Shown one piece after another: positions 46,896 to 58,946 of a stretch of 64,000 nt of DNA. How positions within the stretch are numbered: the stretch's first letter is position 1; each line of letters starts with the position of its first letter. The stretch spans positions 2,914,001 through 2,978,000 of the forward strand of contig JBLDXI010000003.1 of assembly GCA_047495785.1 (NCBI GenBank), written 5' to 3'. The notes beneath the pieces were generated by a model. The model searched no databases. It saw only the letters and a list, made by a program, of their open reading frames with translations, and was not told where the DNA came from. This DNA is from Lepidodermella squamata (Eukaryota; Animalia; Gastrotricha). Both the position numbers and the translations under genes were made by a program.

Positions 46896-47761
46896 TGTTG
46901 GTTTCTAAAAAAATAGTATCGAACAGATAATCTGAAAATAAAGGGCAAAGCAAGTTGGAATGATATTTTTCCCATTTTGAAACCACTTTTTATAGCATGG
47001 CCGGTCGGGTTTTCATCTACCTGTTGCGTGGCCTGTTGCGATCGATCGCGTGTTCGACCTAATTATAGGTCAAACGGTTGCACCAATGTCGCGAGCGAAA
47101 ACCATTATTCTTTTAGAGACGCCCGTGCGGGTTCATTTTTTCATCTTCCAGTCTTAAAATAGATTGAAACGAATACGCAACGGACGAGACAATCCTAGAG
47201 TTTTACAATCATTTCATTGAAGTTGATATATCTGAAGAGTCCAGTCGCAACAGTCGCAGGAAACCAGTTTCTCCTCGTTCAACGTTGAATATATCGTGGG
47301 CCTTTTTCCGTGGCGAAATATCGAAAGTCGACAGCTTTTCGTATCGCAACTAGCAGCGGTAGCCGAGTAGCTATAACAGTTTCGAAGTTTTGATAGTAAA
47401 TATCAGATCAAAAAATAGAAAATCACTGCTAGATTTCGCGTTTTAGATTCTGAGCATTTATAACAATTACACATTCGGCGTTTTTCCAACTAAAAGCGAC
47501 CACTAGGATCACCTTCAGACATCAAATTTTCCTTTTACCGCAAGATTAGGAATTTTTTAACGCTGGAAACTGTTTTCGCCCTGCCAAATTATTCATCGAT
47601 TCTGCAGCCCGAATTACCGACCGCGCCTAATATTCGAAAACTTCCCTTGAGGCAAGAGTAACACAACGTTGGACCAATCGCATTTTATTCAGCAAAAGGC
47701 GAATACAATATTCGACTATAATTCAGATTATAAGTTATAATTTAGCATTTCGATGTTGCCT

Positions 47762-48261
47762 TTAGTTGGAGACGCTGACTGACTTGCTGAAGGAGTACGA
47801 GCCCTTGTTGGCTTTGCGACCGCCGAACTTGCCGTGGCCGAACTTGCCGCCCTTGCGGCCGTAGCCGAAGTTCTTGCCGTGCTTGCCGAACTTGCGACCA
47901 CCGAATCGCTTGTTCTTGCCCCAGCGGTTGCCGGAGAACGAGGCGGACCGCGAGTAGGAAACAGACTTGGAGACCGACTTGGAGAAGGACCCGCGGCGCT
48001 TGTTCATCTTCTTGCCGTGGCGCTTCTTCATCGGGAAGGCACGTCCCTTGCGGAAAGCCCTCTTGTTCTCGAAGGAGCGGCTCGCCGAGGTGCTCACCTT
48101 CTTCTCGTAGTGCCGGTGCATTTCCTTCGACTCGACGTTCCACACCTTGGCCTCGGAGTAAGCTGTAATTATACAACATTGAAAGACGGCGAAAATGATT
48201 TGAGAACAAGATTACCAAGTCCGAGCAGGACGACAACAGCAATAGCGAGGAAAGCACGCAT
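47762..48261 (-). CDS. Family A secreted cationic protein, copy 7 (148 aa; exons 48261-48216, 48162-47762)
   Basis: Same structure, 53-nt intron. Confidence 0.9.
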
Positions 48262-48995
48262 TGTTATGGGCTTAATTGAATGGAGAAGAAAATATCAATT
48301 TGAAACTTAAGCGAGAGATAGCTGATGATTTCTAACTAAATTTTCGCTTCATTTATACCACAGATCCCGGTTTTAATTGCAGTAATCGAGAAACGTGTCG
48401 TACTAATTAGTTGATTTTGTGCCGCAAAAGGAATTCCACAATGATGAGCGAACAATTTTTTCTCTATCGATAATAATGAGATAAGACCGCAATTTCCGAA
48501 CTTTTCCAATTAGGACTTTTCCATGCGCAATTAGGAATTGAACCGATTCAAAACGTTTCGAATTTCTGCGAAAATTCAGCAATTCGATCGTGGGCTGTGC
48601 CGAATTACGAATTCCGAATTGTTCCAGCCCGGGATTCGTTTGCTTGAGATGACTACGGACATTCGATTTCGTTCTCGTGGGGTTGTCGCAATAATTTGGT
48701 GACAGGCGTCGGTAAAACAAAGTCGTGCAATTTATTTAGAGTTTGATAAATTTTGGTGTAAAAAATTGTAAAAAATGGTGAATTTCTATACATTTACATG
48801 GGGAGCAAATAGTGTTGATACCTGCTTATGTAGCGAAAATTGATTTCCTAGAGCATTAAAATTCACCATTGGCAAATGATTTGAGGCCCAAAAAGTAGTT
48901 CAGGTAATGAAGCTGATTTACTGCAAAATTTACTATGAGATATTTATCGCTTTTCGAATATTTCCACGAAATTAAGGCAATTTATGAATTCTACA

Positions 48996-49151
48996 CAGGG
49001 CGGCCAAAAAAGAAGGCGAATTCGATGCGCTTGAGAAGTTTCAAGAAACTGAGGAGTTCCATATTGGCAAAAGATGCTTGAAATTCCTAAAACTCCTCAT
49101 TAAATTGATGCGCATCGAATTCGCCTTCTGCAAATTTTTTTGGTCACCCTG
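48996..49151. mobile_element. Tc1/mariner-type MITE (same family as 26511-26692)
   Basis: CAGGGCGGCCAAAAA...TTTTTGGTCACCCTG|TA and shared internal sequence. Confidence 0.7.
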
Positions 49152-49177
49152 TAGTGAAGAGTACGTCTTATACAGAA

Positions 49178-52100
49178 TTTCGGATCATGCCCACTTGCGC
49201 ATTACCACTTGCGCATTCCCCTTTGCGCACGAAATTTCCCAGTTGCGCATTCCCCTTTGCGCACGCGTTAATAATAATTAATAATAATAACAACACGAGC
49301 GAATTAGCGAATTTTGTTTATCGCGCGCACGCCTCTACGAAAAGTCACCACATGTTTTCTGTTCGTATATGTGAACCGATAGATTTCGATTTAAGAACAG
49401 CGCTCATTAGTCAGTAGTAATGATGGTGTCGGCGTTTATTGCCCGTTTTCTTGCTAATTTTACCTTAGCTGTAGCTATACGTCGTTTTAGAGGTATTATC
49501 TGATACTTGAGTGCTGCCAAAGAGTGCTGCTAATGCTGTGGATCTAACGGATTAAGCAGGTGTCACATATACGAACAGAAAACATGTGGTGACTTTTCGT
49601 AGAGGCGTGCGCGCGATAAACAAAATTCGCTAATTCGCTCGTGTTGTTATTATTATTAATTATTATTAACTCATTGACTGCCAAGGCCCCGATGTATCGG
49701 TTTTTCCTAGGAGAAACACTAATATCTCCACTAATATTTGAAATGTTCTGCGGTTCACTGTGTAAACAAAGGGCGCGGTGGGTGCGGGTAACAATGTAAA
49801 CAATAATAGCCACGCATCGCGCGCTACTGCAGTCCTGTGTCACGTGTCGGCTGTTTGCTTTGTTCGATTATTAGAGTGATCGATCAGAGGGGAACGAATA
49901 ACGAATTCGAATTAATGCGCCTTTTATGATGAGAATGGTGCCATAAACTTCAACAAATGCCGCGAGTATCATGAAATTCGAGCCAGTGACATATTTGGCT
50001 GGTTTTATATGAAATTTAGCTATCACTGTGATATCTCACCCTGCGCGCTTTATTTTCACCCTGAATAGCAGGCATGGCTATCGCCCAGTCATCGTGAAAT
50101 CGCACCAAGGGCCACCCATGCATGACAGACGCGTGCCAAGCGAGTTGCCAAGAAGGTTTTTGATGTTACCCAGTCCGGCACGAGCACTTTTGGCTCATTC
50201 GAACAACTCCGAACAATACGAGTTGACCCCCTTGTTCGCCCGTTTGAATTTTTTTTAGATTTCATCTGTTCAAGTGAAGATTTCCGATAGAAAATGTCAT
50301 TGAAATCGCTAAATTGGGATTCTCGCATCACGAAACCCCTAACCCGCCAGGGATTACAGCGTACCTGGCAGGTACAACTGGAGCCCAAACCTGCCAGGTA
50401 CACGCCCCCGGTACTACCCTCCACGTCCCTTGCGTCCATGGCACTACTTTCAGCGCTGCCGTTTTTAGCGTTTCCCAGCCGAACAACTCCGAACAAATCC
50501 TAAAGTGCTCAAAAAGAGGCGAACAAAGGGGTCAAATCGAATTGTTCCATTGTGTTTGAGGTTGTAAGTTGAAAAAAATCCGCACGCTGATTGGTCAGTT
50601 GGCTCGTATCCATGACTCCGCCTTGCTACTTGATCGTGCGATCCATAAAATGTTTGCAAAAAATATCTTTTTATGAATGGTTTTACGCATTTGTTGGAAA
50701 CGCGTGCTACGATACGGCCTTCATAAAAATAATAAAAGCCACAAATTATATAGATCGCACGATCAAGTAGCAAGGCGGAGTCATGGATACGAGCCAACTG
50801 ACCAATCAGCGTGCGGATTTTTTTCAACTTACAACCTCAAACACAATGTCGGAGTTGTTTGAATGAGCCAAAAGTGCTCGTGCCGGACTGGGAAGTGTGG
50901 CCTTTCCCAGATTCAAGTTCATCCTTGAAATTATCCGCACCCTAGTAGATATACCCGAAAGCAATTTATTCTTACTTATCTGAACTTGGCAATCATCGAG
51001 GATTGATATTTGCGCTTCGAAAATTAGAATTTTTCTCTAAAGCTTTCTGATCTAATAGCTCCTAGAATTTGGATTGCCCCTAATTGATAGTATTTGTTTC
51101 TATAGAAGCTGGCAACTCGAGCTACTATTATTTCAACCTTGAAATATGAGCTATTCTTGAACCTTGACCTTGGATAAATCGTTCACGAAGTCGGGCTTTG
51201 GAACAGTATGTATGTGTTTTTTACGTCAATGGCCGCCATTTCAATTTACTGAAGTCATACTGAAGTCGATTAGAGCTTCGAATCAAATTAACGGAATTTC
51301 CTCGGCTTAGCTATGCGGTAAAAACGCTCGAAAACAGTTTGAATTCAGGCTCCTGGTTCCTTGTCAGAATTAACATTTTCGAGAATGGGATGAAATGACT
51401 TTATGAAGGCCTTCTTTTGTCAGAAGTCTTAAGAAGTCAGAAATAACTAAGCTTAGGAATGGTCGATTAGAATGGGCTTCCTCTATTGGAACAGCTACGG
51501 TATTTGGTATTCGCGCATATTTTTCCCATATTTTTTTAATTCAGGCCACTATTTGAACTAAACCAGCGTAAAGCTTCTCTACTTCTTATTCGAAACAAAG
51601 AAAAAACACAGCCACGGTTGAGATAAAATTGAATATTGTATGGGAATTGTATGGAAAATTCCCAAGGCTAGGGCTATATTCCTGCACTGTATTCCTCAAC
51701 AAATGGAATTTCAGGTCTTCAATCGAATCACTGGATTTTTCATTATCACGCATACCTGAGAGATCTCCATATTACTAGGTATTTAGCGCTATAAGCGGTC
51801 AGTATATCGATTGCACAAATCAGTGATTTTCCCTTGGGAATATTCCAGATATCATCTGTCTTGAAACCCAACAAATAATCTTCCACATAAAACCCAAGGT
51901 CCAAGGTCCAAGGCATCATGTGGCTAAAACATAATACTCCCAGGTTCAGGGTAGGCAGCAATATCAAAAACAAAAACCGCTAAATCGCGAGAAATCTGAA
52001 CAATTCGGACGGAACAATTTTTCAGTGCTGGAACCTCATTTTTTGTGGAGGTTTCAATTACCGAAGTCATTCAAAATTTATTGTTTTTTTCATTCAAAAT

Positions 52101-54225
52101 TGCGAATTAATTTTTGTATTCGAATAAATAATTCGTCGTTGGCGATGAAAAAGTGCCATGTCCACGGGACGAAGTTTTAAGCTTTGAAGCGAACAACTTT
52201 TTTCTAAATGGGCTTTGCGAAATGGTCAAGCAACAATTCGCGGGGTCCCGAATTTTCCATATAAGTGTTTATTCATTTTTTGGAGCCTAATGAGCCGATT
52301 TGCAAAGTTTGAGCTCATTTTAAAATTCTTATGGCAATATACTAAAAAGGTCGCGGCAAGCAGCGGGTATTAGCCATATATTCACTTCGTAAATATTGAT
52401 GTGAGTTATTGCGAAAAAATCGCCAGTAATTTACGTTCATTTTTTGCAAGGACTTCGCGGGCTTCGATATAAATGGCCTCGTAAAACTACTACCCCTATG
52501 GACTAGTCCCTGAGAAATTTCGAAACTTGGTTTTCAAAATATTGTAGAGCGCCACGAGCAGTTACGTACTTGGGACCAAGGTTACGTAACTGTCAAAAAG
52601 TCATTTTCGGCCGGGTATGGGCGTAGCACTTTTTCGCGTCGACGACAAATTCGTGATATTAATTTCGACTTTTTAGCAGATTTTTTAAAATTTGCCTGAA
52701 GCGGTTCTGCATTTCAAAAAATTTCAAATAAATATTTCGGGCGATTCCATACGGCTCTTTCCGGTTAATTTTTCATAAAAATAGCATACCGTATTTGTTC
52801 CAAGTATTTGTTCGAATAGCAGCCCGGGCTAGTAAATTTTCAACCTGGAAATTTTGAAAATTTTGAAAAAAGTAGGTGAAAAGTTCATTTTTGATGCTTT
52901 CGAACTGAATTGACCCCTCAACCGCGTGCTACCATTAGGGATGGGCAATTATTAGTTGATGGGCTACTGTTGGATCAATTACGGTAATCTTGGGAATTAC
53001 GAAAATGAATATAAATTAGGAACTTCAGCTTTGGCTCGGCTTTTGAGGCGGATAATTGGTTCCGCTTTTAGATTAGGACCATACTCATTTTTATATTCCG
53101 AATAACAAAGGCATCGCACAAGCTCCCAAACGAAAAAAAAAGCACACGACAGAGCTCGCCAATAAACGAAAAGACCTCCAAACTTTACCGCTTTGGTTTG
53201 CTTCTCATGGCGAAAACAAACTGAAATAGTATATTATTGTGGGAATTTTTTTATCTGAAAGGTTGCAAATCGCCACTTGTATCTGTTGTCGCGATATTCG
53301 ACAGAAGCATCGCCGACGTAGTCGATACAGACCAAGCCGTTGTAGCAGTGGTCGCTGTAGTGCGAGTCGATAAAGCGAAAATTGCTGGGCGATAAGTGAG
53401 ACTAGTAGCCAGTCACATAGACATTTTCAACACCCAATTTCAGTATTACAAAAAATTGTGAAATTTGAAATTGAAATTTTTGGAATTTCGGAATTTACGG
53501 AACATTTTCCCATCTTTGTTGCTACTTTCCTAGTTCGACGTTTTCCCCTTTCTCATAAGTCGGCAAGCGGCATTTTCCAGTCTACGCGTGTCATGTTTTG
53601 GAAGAAAAATAGCCGAGCGGCCGACACAAGACACGAGTCGCGCCTTTTTCTCGCCGCTGGCAGCTCTGTTTCAGAGGCTGTACATACGAGCTGCGCGACC
53701 GCCCATAGTATTGATTCTGAAAATACGTTGACTCATTTTCTCGCTATTTTTCTATGTGCGGAATAGTATTCCTGTATTCCTCGAAATTGTAAGGCGCAAT
53801 TTGCAAAAAGTGAAGTTTCGAAAGAAGTTTGAGCTGGCAGTGATAAGCCACAAGCCGCACATTTACACATCTAATGCTGAGGCGCTGAAGTGTCGCTGTT
53901 GTTTGTTTACCGCTCTTGGGAGTCACCCTAGGCGCGCCTGATTTGTTTGTATAACAGCTAACGCAGCGGCGATAAACGCTCACATTGTGTTTATTTTACA
54001 TCTTGAGCAAACAGAACGCGAAAACCGAAATCGCTATTTCAGCATTTCACAAGGTGAACGTTTGGTTTCTCCGGGGAGAAAAACTCCCGTGAGAAAAAAT
54101 TCTCCAGGAGAAAACTCTGGCAGTGAAAGAGTTAACGCGTGCGCAAAGGGGAATGCGCAACTGGGAAATTTCGTGCGCAAAGGGGAATGCGCAAGTGGTA
54201 ATGCGCAAGTGGGCATGATCCGAAA
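49178..54225. mobile_element. Nested TTAA-targeted element complex: outer ~90-bp palindrome arms, inner ~400-bp MITE (49272-49665) and ~4.46-kb piggyBac-like non-coding element (49670-54131)
   Basis: Arms 49178-49267 / 54136-54225 are inverted copies. TTAA at 49268, 49666 and 54132. Inner TIRs CTCATTGACTGCCA / TGGCAGTGAAAGAG. Further inverted repeats at 50168-50893 and 52787-52986. Confidence 0.7.
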
Positions 54226-54520
54226 AAAAGGCGAACGGCGCGGAAAAATAATGGCAATTTACGCGAATTTTCGCGAGATTTGTCAAATACAGTTTTATCA
54301 AAACCTTCAAAAATCATGGTTTTGACCGCAAAGACATTTTTCCGTTCTCAAAAGCGATCAATAATGGCTGAAAAAATGATTCATCCGTGAAGGAGTAGGT
54401 CAAACAAAAGCGATTGAGACAGAATAATTTATTTCCATCACACATTTTTCAATCTCAGTAAAAGTAAATAATTCGATATTAATTTATCATTTTTCAATCA
54501 ACTTTGATGAAAAAAAGTTT

Positions 54521-55283
54521 TTACATGGTGAACGCGACCTTCAGATCGTTTTCAACCTGCAGCGTCTTGACGTTACCAGCGGCTGTTGTAGCAGCAGCAA
54601 CAGGGGCGCGGGTCGTCGTCGGCTGAGCGGGGGCGCCAGTGGCAGGGGCGCCGGTGGCCGGGCGGGCAGTCGTCGCGCCGCCAGTCGCTGGATGACCAGT
54701 AGTAGTCGACTTCATCTGGCCGCTGGCAGAATCGCTGCAGTACTTGACGAAGACCGGCTTGCGATAACGCGGGTAGTAGCGACGGCGAGGCGACGACGAG
54801 TCATTCGACATGGACGAAACAGTGATGGCATCGCCCGACGACGTGCGGTACTTGAGCTTGCGGGGGTCGCGCTGGTGACGGCGGGGTTCGTGGCGGCGGG
54901 GTTTCGCGTGGTGGCGACGCGGCCGCTTTTCGACAGTTTCGGGCTTTTTCGGTTTCTGGGTGGTGGTCGGCTTGGGGCGGGCTGGCGCGGAGCCGCTGCT
55001 GGCTGCCGGCTTCTTCGGCTTCTGGTGGCGGCGGTGGTGGCGGTCGGCGTGGCCGGGGTGGCGACGGTGCTTTTTCATGCGATTGTCGTTGTACGCGGAA
55101 AAGTCCGAATCGCTGCCCATCTTCATGAAACCACTTCGGTTGAAATCAGGCAGACGCCCGCCGCCTCGGCCAGCTGACGTCAGAGCTTGAAAACAATCAA
55201 TTTAAAATAATTCAAAAAAATTGAAAAATTTTGTTACCGATTTGCATCAGAGCAAAAACAGCCACGGCAAGGATGATTCTCAT
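54521..55283 (-). CDS. Family D copy 3 (236 aa; exons 55283-55238, 55185-54521), inverted duplicate of copy 2
   Basis: Near-identical to 31269-32032 including upstream and 3' flanks. Confidence 0.87.
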
Positions 55284-56932
55284 TTTATTTTCGGAGGAAG
55301 TAGAAATGGAAAGCGAAAGGAAGAAGATTGATACTTGCATCAACGCTTCTCAGCTGTTTTATAGTCGATTGAAGCATAGCTATTCCGTTTCAATTTTTAA
55401 ATTTCATCATTAAGGGATGACTTAATGAGGTCATGTGATGCTTTTTCAACTGCAAGAATTTCATAAAATAATTATTCTTATAAAATTATCCTAATTACCC
55501 AATTTTCGAAGAATCCATACATTTGACACCCATCGGGTTGCATTTTTTCACAGCCATTGATTCGGAATAAATTCAAAGCGAATAAAAACATAAAGCGGTG
55601 AAAATTGACCGTCGAAACTTGTTTTGCGAAGCAGAGCCAGTGCGAAGATACCAATCCTTTATTGAACAGTCTTTTCGAGCTCCAGTTCATTTTTTATCTT
55701 TTCCCCTTAATAATATATACCGCTTGCTGCAACATTTTATTCATTATGTCAGGTAACACACCATCTTCAACCAAATAATCGCAATGTGCAATCATTTCCA
55801 CACACCAATTTATTAAGGCGGACTTTTTATTTCATAAATCCAGCATAATATTTCTCTTAAATTTTGCCATTTTGCTATTTTTCAATAGCGTGAATACTTG
55901 CCAAGGTATATAGCAGGTATAGCACCTTATCATCTGTAAGCAAGAGGCACAAAAAGTCGGCCAATTAGCCAATTTGAGGCAGAATAATAATATAACACAG
56001 CGGTTTTTCAACCTCACGCGCACTGAGATAATAAATATACGCCCTAAGCATATTTAATATCACCGTGAACCGTAAACCCACCCTACCCAAATAATTTTTT
56101 CTTATTTATCCATATTTTTGCAAGTATAAAGCCAAGGTAAGACAAGGTAAGACATCACGCAAGAAAAGGGTTCTTAATTTATTTTTAAATGTTACAAAAA
56201 TGTTACACAATTGTTTCGCTAAATTTTATGTTTCGATAAAAATTCCTCAGGAAAATTAAGAAATTCGGTAAGGTGTCCACGCAAATTTCGTTTCATTATT
56301 AAAATGGTACGTGATAAACCTGAAGAGTCAGCGGACATTTTTTATGGCCCATTAGTTTAAGAGCGAGGCCAACTTTTTTATCTCCTTTTCCGTGGCAAGG
56401 CAAGTATGTACCTATCTAAAAATTTGGCTGATAAATGCGTTTGTTCAACTGTTTCAAATAGGTGAAATTTCGTTTGTAAGCTATATTCGACGGATAATAT
56501 AGCAAACATTATATAATACAAAATTTGGCCTTATCTTTAGCCGCGCGGTACCAGCGACCGAATATGAGCGCGTTATAAGCGCACACATCATATAGTATAT
56601 AATAATGCGAAAAATATAAGGAAGGTTGGTAAACCTATATCGCCAAACGTCTAATGATAACAACACGCTGCGCTCACGTTAAATAAATTCACGTGAAAAT
56701 TTCTCGTTATATAAAATGTCATATGGTGCCGAGGTAAAAGGTGAAGCCCCCCATCTCTCTCTCCTTTTGATATGTAACATTTAGGTTTATTTGCCAACAA
56801 AGAGATGCGTTCGAACTCATCATGTTTACCTTTGTTTTACAAATAATATACACAATTTCAACGCAATAAATTTGTTCCGGTAAGTGAAATTGAGCAATAA
56901 TTTGCGAAGTTTTCACTCTTGCATATTAGGAA

Positions 56933-58237
56933 ATGAAGTCGCATCTTGCCGAGCTGAAGACTTCGGCGGCATTTAATCAAATTTTTGGTCACAGCTATGC
57001 TTTCACATACTCGTCGGGAGTGGTAATTTTTTTTAATTTTTAACCAAGTTTCGAAAAATTTCTCGAAATTTTGAACAGGCGATTTCTACATTTATGATGC
57101 TTTCATCTTTCCTAACCTACATCGGCGTGTATTTCGGCACCGAAGTGATTAACATGCCTTTCACAGCGGACATTTACGCATTTTCAAAGCTGTATAAAAT
57201 GGGAAATTTATCAGCTATGGATGTCAACAATCACATTCAAGTGGCTTCTATTGTTGTTTATATCGGCTCGGCGATTTTCATGGGTTTTCTCGCTATTTTC
57301 GGTGTTTTAACCCTGGTTTGCTTGTCAAACCGCGAAAACCACATACAACGGCATAATTCGATTGTAAGTTGCCTAAATTATCGATTTTAATATTTTGAGG
57401 GCTAATATTGGACTTTTTCTAGTGTGTGGCTATGCTGTTACTTGGAATTTCAACTCACGTAGCTGTTTTTGTCTGGTCGAGAGGTGAACTACGACAGGTA
57501 AAATTAAAATAAAAAATTAATTTAATTTAACGAATAAATTCGAGAAGAATCGATTTATAATTTTATAATTTTTTTAGGTTCAAAATAGGTTGAAAATTTA
57601 AAAATGGAAAATTTAATTTTTTTTCAATTTTTTCTCTAAAATGCCCAATTTTATTAGGTCATTTTTGCTGATTGAAAATTATGATTTTATTTTTTTTTCA
57701 TTTTAGATGAAAGACGGTCGAATTGATTCAGCTTTGATGCACATTCAAGATGGAATTTTAGTTGACACCGATCACGTGCCACCGGTATTAAATGAACCTG
57801 GCAATGCCTTCACGCTTATTCAACGCCAATTTAATTGCTGCGGCGTTGTGTCACCCTATGAATGGAGCATCACGGTCGATTGGTTTCGAACAAGCTACGG
57901 CCGTCTGAACCCATGGCATGGAATATCGATATTCCCATGCGATTACCGCCCGCCTAATACCACGTGCATTCAACAAGACGGAACAAGCGCTCAGGCCGCG
58001 CTTGACTGCACCCTCGATGACCCGATGACCCTGCGTGGCTGCGGCTATACCATCGAGCGGCGCGTTGTCGACTACATCGTTCGACTGATGCGAATTTCAG
58101 TTTTCTGCATAATTTTTCAAGCATTTGAACTGCTGTGGATTCTATGCATTTGTTACAGCTTCAAAGTCCCACTATTCACGGCGAGGCGGGTGAAACATCA
58201 TAAAACAATCAGCCTCATAAACGTGCCTCAAATTTGA
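56933..58237 (+). CDS. Divergent tetraspanin-like protein 1 (exons 56933-57022, 57079-57363, 57423-57497, 57707-58237)
   Basis: Four hydrophobic segments; IQRQFNCCG..P.EW, IFPC and GC before TM4; phase-0 splices in frame. Confidence 0.78.
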
Positions 58238-58946
58238 TCCATTTCTCATACACATTCCTTCAAAGATTTATTGCTCTAATATTTTTACTAACGAATTATT
58301 AATAATTTTTTAATAAAAAAAATGAAAAATTTAATTGTGGTAGATTTTTTTTAATTATTGAAAGGTGGCAACTAATTTAATAAGAAAAAATCGGTATTTT
58401 TTTCTTGCGAGAAGTGTTTTTTTGGGAGTAACCACCTTACCACAGCTGCTATATTATATTATATGAATACGCTTGCCAGGGCGTGTTTTATTTACCCACT
58501 CGTCCGCTCTTTTAATGAGCATGTTGTAATAGGCATAAAAATCTAAGCGGTGCTTATTGAGCCGAGACCACATGCTACGTGCTGGTGGCTGCGTGTATGG
58601 CCGTCATATACCTACCTACCTGTATGCATGTGTGTGCGTGAGGTCATATTGCACTTGAAAGCTTATAGCATAAAAAGATGCGAGATCAAAAACTGTGCTG
58701 TGGCATTTGTTTTGCTGCGTTATACTGCCTGATGCGCGCGACGTGTAGTGCCTTGCACCGAGGACCAACACGACTAAGACTGTCTATCAATAGGCTAAAC
58801 ATGGCATACGTATAAGCCGGAAGCAATCTTATTTACAACACCCAGCTTTTTAGTCGATTTTACACCGACATTAATATAAAGATTATAAGAAACCCTCCTT
58901 AATTTTTTAATTTAATTTTTTCAACGTTTTACTAGAAACATTCGCA

